This document shows, one piece after another, positions 11,576 to 20,717 of a DNA stretch of 64,000 nucleotides (position 1 is its first letter; each line of letters begins with the position of its first letter). This DNA comes from Histomonas meleagridis 2922-C6/04-290x. Its lineage: Eukaryota > Protista > Parabasalia. A program made the translations under genes and the position numbers. The notes under the pieces were generated by a model. The model worked only from the letters and a program-made list of their open reading frames with translations, did not search any database and was not told where the DNA came from. Location: positions 62,001-126,000 of the forward strand of contig JAANOX010000236.1 in the NCBI GenBank assembly GCA_020184695.1, in the 5' to 3' direction.

Positions 11576-11906
11576 AGGAAACTGTTGTTGCAGAATTAAT
11601 TTGTTAAACTATTTGATCTAAGAAAATCATTTTCAACTTTTTTTCTTTAATTTTGTTGCATATTTGAATCAATCTGTGATATAAGTCTTTACTTTGCTTT
11701 TAATTGTAAAGTCTTTATGTAATTTTTAGTTGTACATAGGCAGACTAGTTCAAATAAAGAAACAAAAGAACAATAATAAAAATAAACATGTGGTTAAATA
11801 AGTTTTATTAAAGTAATTTTATTAATAATAATAAAATAAAACATTTATATTTAATAATTTTTTTAAAAAAATATAATTTAATATTAATATAAAAATAAAT
11901 TGAAAA

Positions 11907-12024
11907 GGAAGCAGCACCATACGTTCCCAGGAAGTCTCCCAGCCTAGTACTGATATGGCCCGCGATTGCTTAATTTCCAGGTTCGAAATGGAGCTGGATG
12001 TATCCAATCGGGTATGGCCGCTTC
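11907..12024 (-). rRNA. 5S rRNA
   Basis: Reverse complement GAAGCGGCCATACC...AGTACTAGGCTGGGAGACTTCCTGGGAAC..GGTGCTGCTTCC, about 118 nt with paired ends and the box C-like AGTA..GG.TGGGAG motif, followed by a TTTT Pol III terminator (11903-11906). Confidence 0.93.
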
Positions 12025-12253
12025 AATAAAATATTTGAATCTTCATCCTTAAATATTTCTTATTAATTGGAACTTTTTTGCAAAATTAAAATTTTCGTTC
12101 TTCTTTGACACTTTCGAATAAACCAAACAAAATCGGACGACAAAGATATTTTAATAACTAATTGATCGGTCATTTAATTTAAGAAAATTTCAATTGATAA
12201 ATGTTTTAATTTATTCTAAATGAACAATTAAGAGTTTAATTCATTTTTTAATT

Positions 12254-12919
12254 ATGTTTGGTTATTTTACTGATCCATTTTATGATCCATTCGTGGAATA
12301 CAGACCAATAAGAGTTTATCATCCATTTAATGCGATGAATAGATACTTTAATAATCTTGAACATCGTTTAAATTCTTTATTTGCTGATGCATTTGATGAA
12401 GAATTTAATAATATGATTGAACAAGATAAACCTAAAGAACAAAAAGAAGAAAAGCCTAAAGAAGAAGAAAAACCTAAAGAAGAAGAACTTAAGAAAGAAA
12501 TAAAAGAAACACAACAAAAGATTGTTAAAAAGCCTGAAAATTATAGACCACAAAATTATTATAGAACTTATTCATCACAAAGATACTTTAATGGTAATGA
12601 AAAATTCGAAGAAATTCGTGAACAAACTAATGATGGAGAAAAGACTTATATTTCTAAAATTAAAAGAATTGGTAATCGTTGGGTTCAAGTCGATGAAGTT
12701 GTAGATAAAGAAGGTAAGAAAACAACTAAAGAAACATGGCATAATGTAGGTGAAGATGAAATTGATGCATTTGAAAATGAATGGTCTTTAAGACGTGGTA
12801 TTGAAGCTATTGGTAGTAAAAATGAAGAAAAACCTGCAATTAAATCAGAAAATACAGAGAAAAAAGAAGAACCTAAAGAAGAAACTAAGGAAGAACCTAA
12901 AGAAACAAAAGAACAATAA
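12254..12919 (+). CDS. Myeloid leukemia factor (MLF)-like protein with K/E-rich tracts
   Basis: C-terminal block KRIGNRWVQV...KETWHNVGEDEIDAFENEW resembles the MLF core (HHIHDRAH...FINMNESDAHAFDEEW), with a DPF/F-rich N-terminus. Confidence 0.55.
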   Translation: MFGYFTDPFYDPFVEYRPIRVYHPFNAMNRYFNNLEHRLNSLFADAFDEEFNNMIEQDKPKEQKEEKPKEEEKPKEEELKKEIKETQQKIVKKPENYRPQNYYRTYSSQRYFNGNEKFEEIREQTNDGEKTYISKIKRIGNRWVQVDEVVDKEGKKTTKETWHNVGEDEIDAFENEWSLRRGIEAIGSKNEEKPAIKSENTEKKEEPKEETKEEPKETKEQ

Positions 12920-13033
12920 AATTATTAAAATTAAATTAATAAATCATTAATAAATAAATCATTATCAAGTTAAATTATTAATTTTTCGTTGTGCGTTTCA
13001 GTTGTTATGAGGACAGAAATTAGAAACCGTTAA

Positions 13034-14344
13034 ATGGTTTTGTTCACTTTTTGTTTTTTGCTTTCGTTTGGGAGTTACACAAGCCAATACTTCTCTTCCT
13101 CCGTAGAGCCAATACAAAAAGAAATAACAAGAGATAATTTTTATACACCCACATATACAAAAGCTCCTGAATTTAAACTTATGTTTAATCAAATTTTGGC
13201 ATTAGCTCAAAAACGTAGATCATTTCATAGATATTTAGAATTTGAAGAACAAAATAGAACGTTAGATTATTCTCAAATTCGAGTTCTTTCAATTGATTGG
13301 GGAATACCATTTCGTAAATCTTCGTTAAATAAGAATGAACTCCAAACAGATTTGGTGTCTTTTTACTCCTTATTATTAGGGTCTCTTAATTCAGAAGAAG
13401 ATAAAAATTTATTCGCAAGTTATGAAAAACGTTTATTTTATTATCGCTTAAAAACATCAGGAATCTCAGCAATTCAAATTGACAATTATTTCTGGCCCAA
13501 TTTAAAATTTCGTGACATGATAACTTCACAAAACTCCAATGATGATATTGTCTATTTACCATTTCAAGATTGTATTGAATATTTCGATGTATCTGAACTC
13601 GAAATTGTCAATGGCTCTGTTAAGATAACTCTTGAGCACATTTATCAAATGGTATCTGAAACTTTTAGAAATAAGATTTTGTCCAATATCCAACATTTTG
13701 AGCAATCACTGACCGAACATAAATCACTTTACACATGTCTAAGTGCTGAACTCCGTAAGCTTGATAACCAATTTCTTTACATCTCTCGCGATACATTTGA
13801 TCTCCAAGCCGAGCGTTCCTTTCCGCCGTGCATGTACCGGATCTATACCAATCTTAAGAAGACTCATTACGCCACATTCAAAGGCCGATTTGAGCTTACA
13901 CTTTTTCTCAAATCGCTTGGTCTCAATTACTTCGATCAATTCCAACTTTGGAAAAAGTACTTATTTAAGCCCGGCGAAGAATGGCACTTCGAGTCGCAGA
14001 TCAATCTTTTCTTGCGCCAACTTTATGGCCTTACTGAAGCTGAAAATCATTTTTATTTCCCGCACAAATGCACCACAATGATAAACCACGACTCGCCCGC
14101 AGCCGCGAAAATGGTGCAGGGATGTCCATTTAAGTGTCTGAGCAGGATCGATCTGAAAGTATTTCTAAAGAAAATGAGAAGAGATATTAAACATTCGGAA
14201 ATTGATAAACTGGCAGTGGACGCAGAGCAGTTTCCGATTCAGGCGTGCGCAAAGTTCTTTGCTGGGAATGCTGAGCAGGATCAAAAAGAATTTGAAAAGC
14301 CATTGCAATATTATCTTGAAAGTGAAAAGAGAATAAATAAATGA
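13034..14344 (+). CDS. PRIM2: DNA primase large subunit
   Basis: SFPPCM, GRFELTLFLKSLGL, PHKCTTMI, QGCPFK and IQAC carry the four 4Fe-4S cysteines of the PriL C-terminal domain. Exact start is uncertain. Confidence 0.85.
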   Translation: MVLFTFCFLLSFGSYTSQYFSSSVEPIQKEITRDNFYTPTYTKAPEFKLMFNQILALAQKRRSFHRYLEFEEQNRTLDYSQIRVLSIDWGIPFRKSSLNKNELQTDLVSFYSLLLGSLNSEEDKNLFASYEKRLFYYRLKTSGISAIQIDNYFWPNLKFRDMITSQNSNDDIVYLPFQDCIEYFDVSELEIVNGSVKITLEHIYQMVSETFRNKILSNIQHFEQSLTEHKSLYTCLSAELRKLDNQFLYISRDTFDLQAERSFPPCMYRIYTNLKKTHYATFKGRFELTLFLKSLGLNYFDQFQLWKKYLFKPGEEWHFESQINLFLRQLYGLTEAENHFYFPHKCTTMINHDSPAAAKMVQGCPFKCLSRIDLKVFLKKMRRDIKHSEIDKLAVDAEQFPIQACAKFFAGNAEQDQKEFEKPLQYYLESEKRINK

Positions 14345-14509
14345 ATAAATCACAAAAAATTGTTAATATTTTTAATTGTTTTTTTGCAGAAATTTCATTT
14401 TTTTTAGAAACATTAAAAATTCTTAAAAACCGTAAACATAATTCAAAAATTGTGAGTGTTGCACAAAAAGTTTGTAAAAGTGATTTCACAAAATATATTT
14501 ATTTACAAT

Positions 14510-16669
14510 TTATTTTTCTCTATCATTCATAGCCTTTAACTCCGTTATTTGCTTATCATATTCCGCAGCATATTTTTGCAAAGCTTCTTCCGACGTAAAC
14601 CCCTTCAGTTTTACGATTGACAAAAAATGCGCTTTTGATTTGTTTTGCACAACAGTCAAATAAGTCATAGTTAGCGCCGCGTTTGTACAACACAAAACAG
14701 TTAATTCAGCTTCTAATGAAGCGAATTCGAACTCTATTCTTTTCCTTGCCATTTGAGAATCCGCTTTTGTTACTTGGCAAATTACATTTTTTAATTCTTT
14801 TACAGTTTGCAGCACGTGCGTTGCCGCAATTTGTTTTTCTTTAAATATCGAATCATGTATTATTAACACTATTTTATGTACGAAAGGCGCTCTAATTCTA
14901 TTTAAGTTCTCATTCGATAACCATTCGCATAAAATCCGCATTCTTCTATCGAAGAAGTCGAGTAATTTTTCCGGGATTTTTGTACTTGTTCCATCATTTC
15001 TCCACGAGTTATTACCGATTTGTATCAAAAGATATTCGCATTCTTTAATAAGGACGTTTTCGAGATATAAAATTTGTTTTTTTAACTCTTCGCTAATACT
15101 TTCTTTAGCGTCATCGATTACGATATTCGGCTTAATGTTATCTTCGACAAGACCATTAACTTTAGTTAATAATGAGTCCAAAACATTTAAAAGTAATGAA
15201 GAAGTATTAATTATCCCACAAATTAATTGATAATGTTCATCATTTTTAATTCTCGTTGGAAGCATTTTACTAAGTGTTACTACATATTGTACAAGTAATT
15301 CTTTTAACATACGAAATAAACTTAATAATGATTGTGATATTCCAAATCCGGAGGTTTTATCAATAGTTTTTTTCATTGCTAAAACTAAGTTTGACGCACT
15401 TTTAAGTGTATGATTCGATATATTCAAGTCTAAAATCGGATTCTTTAGTGCATCGTTTATCATGTTCGTAAGATTCTTTCGTTCGGAATCAAAATATAAA
15501 TCCATATATGGAGAAAAAGCATTCGCAATGATTCCAATAAATTCATTTGCAGGTATAACTTTCTCTTCTCCAATTCCTTTGTCTCGGCGATATAACCATT
15601 CATATTTCTTTCGTATTCCATCTGAAGTGTTTTCGAAGTTTGGCATTTTCGCGTCGGGTTCAATAAAAACTGTTTTCGTTGTAGAAAAACTTTCGGCCAT
15701 TTTCCGTTCGAATTTAACTGTTAACTCAAACGCTCGAAGATATTCATTGATATCTGGCGCTTGTTTACGTAATGTGTTACTTAAATGTGAAAATGTTCTT
15801 TTGCAAAATTTGAGTGATAAATTATATGACATCCGCCATTCTTTAGGAAAAGCATTATGAAAATGATTATTATAAAAGTCAATACGTTGTTTAAACCATT
15901 GGAAACGAGTATGAATAGCGGAAAGTGGTACTTTTGGATATGAATCTTCATAAGGTGATAATAATTGATCACAAAATCGTTCAACAATTGATGAGTGGAA
16001 ATCATCATTGAACGAATCTATAACAGAACAAAGCGGTAAATTTGATGAATCTGCAGAACCACTAAACATCATTGATTCAAAATCGGTATTGACTTTATTA
16101 CGAAGAACACGTTTTAAATCAAAAAATTTGGTCGAGAATGGTTTTAGTTGAGAATCAAGCCCATATTCATGAAAATATTCAAATAATGATGTAAGGGCTA
16201 AAACATTGGCTGAACATTTTGTATAATTTGATGATGAAATGTTGGATTCAAGCTCTGTGATTGTGGTTGAAAGCATTTGAAGTCTTCGAAGAGTGGTAAC
16301 AGTAGAAGTAAGATTCTTTTTTGCATTATCAAGTGGTTTAATATTCTCACAAATTTCATTAACAGCAATTTCTGTTTCTTTTGCTTTATCACGAATGCTA
16401 TTAATTTTACTTGTGAGATCATCAATTGAATGCCTTATTTCAGCAAGAATAGTTTCACTGCTATCACCTAATGCAGAGCTTGTTCTGATCAATTTTCTTA
16501 CTGATGATGTAGTGGCTTTGTTATGATTTTGGATATTATTGATTATTATTGGTAATTCTGATAAAGATGAATCATCTGGAAGAAGACTATCTATGTATGA
16601 TATAGCATCGAAATTTGATGTGGAAAGTTCTGTATTAATTTCTGATATATTTATTTTTGTGCTCTGCAT
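14510..16669 (-). CDS. VPS53: GARP complex subunit Vps53
   Basis: FDAISYIDSLLP; EICENIKPLDNAKKNLTSTVTTLRRLQML; IHTRFQWFKQ; FPKEWRMSY. Confidence 0.88.
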   Translation of the reverse strand: MQSTKINISEINTELSTSNFDAISYIDSLLPDDSSLSELPIIINNIQNHNKATTSSVRKLIRTSSALGDSSETILAEIRHSIDDLTSKINSIRDKAKETEIAVNEICENIKPLDNAKKNLTSTVTTLRRLQMLSTTITELESNISSSNYTKCSANVLALTSLFEYFHEYGLDSQLKPFSTKFFDLKRVLRNKVNTDFESMMFSGSADSSNLPLCSVIDSFNDDFHSSIVERFCDQLLSPYEDSYPKVPLSAIHTRFQWFKQRIDFYNNHFHNAFPKEWRMSYNLSLKFCKRTFSHLSNTLRKQAPDINEYLRAFELTVKFERKMAESFSTTKTVFIEPDAKMPNFENTSDGIRKKYEWLYRRDKGIGEEKVIPANEFIGIIANAFSPYMDLYFDSERKNLTNMINDALKNPILDLNISNHTLKSASNLVLAMKKTIDKTSGFGISQSLLSLFRMLKELLVQYVVTLSKMLPTRIKNDEHYQLICGIINTSSLLLNVLDSLLTKVNGLVEDNIKPNIVIDDAKESISEELKKQILYLENVLIKECEYLLIQIGNNSWRNDGTSTKIPEKLLDFFDRRMRILCEWLSNENLNRIRAPFVHKIVLIIHDSIFKEKQIAATHVLQTVKELKNVICQVTKADSQMARKRIEFEFASLEAELTVLCCTNAALTMTYLTVVQNKSKAHFLSIVKLKGFTSEEALQKYAAEYDKQITELKAMNDREK

Positions 16670-16932
16670 TGGGTTGATAGTGATCGTTGCTTGTATCGTA
16701 GCTTTATAAAGGTCTCTCCAAACGGAGAAAAAATAATGAAATTTTTCCTAAATTTTTAATATATTCATTTTCTATTATTTGTAAATTCTACTATATATAT
16801 ACATATTATAAATATAATATTAATTTGAAAAGATATTTATATTTTTATTTTAAGTTATAAACGGGCAAGAATAATCGTTCTATATACAAAAATTGAGAGG
16901 ATCGATAATTCAAACATTAAGCCTGGAAACAG

Positions 16933-19900
16933 ATGTACCAAAATAAAGAGCAATATCTTGAAATTATAGAATACTTGAAATCAGTAAATCAAATAATCTT
17001 CGAATTAACAACAGAAAAAATTAATGTTTACATAGAAAAAACAATGCAATTATTTGATTCGAATTTACCTTATTCGTTTAATAATATTATATGTCAAGGC
17101 ATTTATTCATCATTTATTTCTCAAAGAAAAGACATTGATTTATATTTTCATTATTTAAAATTAGTGGAAGAAAAAGAAACCGAAATTCTTAAACATAATC
17201 CAAAAATTTTTAACATTTTCCGCAATTTTCTTATTAGCTTTCATACATGTGAATCAAATTATATACTTGCTGAAATGGTAAAGCATAACTTCATTAAGTA
17301 TGATTTTGGTCAAAAACTGGATGATTTATATTTTATGCATCTTTTCAACGAGGATGAGCTTTATAAAAAACATGACCTCTTTTCATCCCTTTCTGAATTG
17401 CCAGATAAAGAAGATTTAATGAGAAATGATTTTGAACTTCATAAGAAGTTAATTGAAGATGGAGTAAATCCCAATAAAATTGCAAAAATAATTCGAAATG
17501 ATGAAATCGAAAAACTTCAAGAAATATCATCGCAAGAAAGCTTTAATTTTAAACAAATGATTAAACCATCACTATATGAGAAATATTCATTTATTAATAA
17601 GGAAAATGTTTCATTAATTGACTATGCAGCATTTTTTGGATCAATTAAATGTTTTAAGTATTTACTTATGAATGGTTTTAAATTAGAAAATACAGGTAAA
17701 TATGCAATTGCAGGAGGAAATCTTGAAATATTTTACATATGTGAACAAAACCATTCTTCATTTGAAAATGCGTATGAAACAGCAATTGAATTTAATCGAA
17801 ATGATATCTTTAGATATCTTTATGAAAACAAAATTGGTAATATTAAATCTTTTGATTACTTAGGAATAAAATGTATTAAATTTAGTAATTATGAAATTCT
17901 TTCATTTTTAAAAGATAAATTTAAAGATACTAGAAAAATGATTTTCCAAGCTGTATCAAGTGGTAACACTTATATTACTAAATGCTTCCTATCAAAAAAT
18001 GCATTTAATAAAATACTTTTACCAGTTGCTGTTTCGTCTCAAAATATTGAACTGGTAAAATTCATTATTAATCAAAAAGAATTTGATATTAACCATAAAA
18101 ATATTTGTTTTTCTATATTAAAATTTGTTTTATTTCAATGATATTTGTTGATTTAATGCGGATTTTATTTAAATGATTTGATACATCACTTATAATTGCT
18201 TCTAAAAACGGTAACTTTGAAATTGTTAAATTACTTCTTGAACAAAAGGGAATTAATATTAATGAGAAAAACGTTTCTCTTGTTTGTTCAAAATTTATAT
18301 CTATAATTTCTTATTTTTAAAAATAATTTGGAATTTGTCTAAATAGCTTATAACGGCACTTTTGGAATCAGTTTGGTATAATCATACAAAAGTAAGCAAA
18401 ATACTTCTTAAAAATAACGAAATTGAAGTCAATACTAAAACTATTTAATCGTATTGTTTAAAATTTGCTTTATTAATTTAGAATTTTTTAATAATATTTG
18501 GGGATCATTTAAAATATCTAATACAGCACTTATTTGGGCATCATGTAATGGTAATATAGAAACTGTTCATTTACTTATTAAAAAAGTCGGAATTGAAATT
18601 AATGCTAAAAATATAAATACCTTTCATTTAAAATTTATTTTAATAATTTTGGATTTCAAAATAATATTTGGAAATTATTTAAATTATTTGATACAGCACT
18701 TATTTTAGCATCTAAAAATGGTCATACAGAAATACTTAAATTACTTCTTGAGCATAAAGGAATTGATGTTAATGCAAAAAATATTTTTTTGTTTTATTTA
18801 AAATTTATTTCAATAATTTATTATTTCAAAATAATACTAGATTTTTTTAATTATATTTTATGACAGCACTTATGTATGCATCTATAGATGATCATATAGA
18901 AGTAGTTAAATTACTTCTTGAACAAAAAAATATCCAAATTAATGTCAAAAGTGCTTTTCAATCTTTTTTATAATTTGTAAAAATAATTTATAATTTCATA
19001 ATATCATTTGGGAAATTTTTTAATTATTTTGTACACCACTAATATATGCATCTCAAAATGGGCATACAGAAATAGTCAAATTACTTGTTAATCAAAAAGA
19101 TATTGATATCAACATTACAACAGTTAATCTTTTTAATATGATATTCGTTTTGATATTTTGATGGAGTTTCAAAAATATTTATGCAGTTTGAAAAATTTAT
19201 AAACAGCATTAATACATGCATTGATGAAAAAAAGCACTGAAATTGTTGAAATTCTACTTGAACATGGAGCTAACATCTATAATGAAGATATTCGATTAAA
19301 TTATTGTTTCCACTTTTTAATATTGCATGTGAATATGGAAACATTGAACTAGTTAAATTACTTCTTAAGCAAAAAGATATCGATATTAATTTAAGGGATG
19401 AGAATTTATTGATTTTATTGGTAATTTCATAAATTTTATATTAGATAATATGTTTTGGTATTTACAAAAAAAATTTTTTTCGCCTCTTATTTGTGCATCT
19501 TATAATGGTTATATTGAAATTGTTATGTTACTTCTTGAACAAAAAGATATCGATATAAATGCAAAAAAAATTTGATCTTTGTATTTCTAGGTTATTTCAA
19601 AAATTTTACATTAGAAATTAATTTTTGGAAATAATTTAAATGATTTTATACAGCACTTATGGTGGCATCTATGAATGGCCACATAGAAATCGTTAAATTA
19701 CTACTTAAACATAAAGGAATTGATATAAATGCCAAAGATGTTTATTTATTTTATATGTTTGCTAATCATATAGAATGATTTTTGATAATGATATTTGGAG
19801 ATTAATTAAATTATGTCAAAATGTACTTATGATTGCATCACAACATGGAATTATTGATGTTTTTGCAATACTTTTTCAACTACTTAAACATGAAGGAATT

Positions 19901-20690
19901 AACATCAATGATGTAGATCATTTTTTATTCGTTTATTTGATTTTTCTTGATTGTATTTGGATTTTACTAAAATTATTTTTAACGGTACTGATGGTTGCAA
20001 CCTTGAATGGACATTTTAAAATAGTTGAATTTCTTCTTCAACAAAAAGGAATAGATATTAATAGGAAAAATTTTGAAATTTCATGAAATTCTATGGTGTT
20101 TATTAAGGTGATTCAATTCTGCACTTTTGTGTGCAGCTCAAAAAGGATTTTTTGAAATTGTTGCTTTATTTTTGGAACAAAGTGATATTAACATCAATAT
20201 TCAAAATTTTGTTTGATTTTATATAAAATTTATTAATGTTATTTAATATATTGTTTTTATATTTGGATTTTCATTAAATTTTATGACACTGCACTTATGA
20301 TAGCATGCACAAAAGGTTATACACATATAGTTCAAATAATATTACAACATGAAGGAGTTGATGTTAATTTAAAAGACATATATTTAGATTTTTTAAAGAT
20401 TATTTCAATTATTTAATATATCCAAATTTTATAAGGAATTATTTCGAATTATTTAATACAGCACTTATAAATGCAACTAGAGGAGGTCATATTGATATTA
20501 TAAAATTGCTTTATAAACAAAAAGAAATCAATTTATATGATACAAATGTACTTTTTTTATATATGAAATATTTCATAAAGTTTTGAAGTTTCTAAAAATT
20601 ATTTGAAATTTATTTAATTTCATTAAAACTGCACTTGAAATTGCAGGTGAAAATGGTTACACCAAAATTGTAGACTTGATTCTTCAATAA
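16933..20690 (+). CDS. DUF3447 plus ankyrin-repeat protein, predicted 923 aa after removal of 58 x 17-nt inserts
   Basis: 16933-18102 encodes a DUF3447-type region (SLIDYAAFFGSIKCFKYL, KYAIAGGNLEI). Sixteen stop-free ankyrin units follow, starting at 18183, 18353, 18523, 18693, 18863, 19033, 19203, 19310, 19480, 19650, 19820, 19982, 20118, 20288, 20458 and 20628. The last ends TAA at 20688-20690 (TAAA context). 3758-986=2772 nt = 923 codons plus stop. Confidence 0.8.
18103..20627 (+). repeat. 170-bp periodic array: 90-nt ankyrin coding unit plus 80-nt spacer built of four (17-nt insert + 1 codon) modules
   Basis: The start-to-start period of the repeats is exactly 170 nt in 12 of 15 intervals. 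Spacers have 20-nt internal periodicity: ATTT at spacer positions 1, 21 and 41, and GGN at 58-60. Confidence 0.92.
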
Positions 20691-20717
20691 AAAACATATT
20701 ACAAAGTATTCTAAATT

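Noticed and set aside
18103-18862. Whole spacers as conventional introns ending ACAG|CACTT
   Set aside because: The ACAG is simply the Thr-Ala codons (ACA GCA). Other repeats have ACATCA, ACGGCA, ACACCA, TCGCCT or ACTGCA there, and there is no 5' GT or branch site.
18454-20086. ORF-track proteins 18454-18708 and 19775-20086 as standalone genes
   Set aside because: They are chance read-throughs of insert-containing spacers around one or two ankyrin units of the larger interrupted gene.
18103-20627. 170-bp repeat-spacer periodicity resembling a CRISPR array
   Set aside because: The 'repeats' are divergent protein-coding ankyrin units of 90 nt, not identical 25-45-nt direct repeats. The genome is eukaryotic and there are no cas genes.
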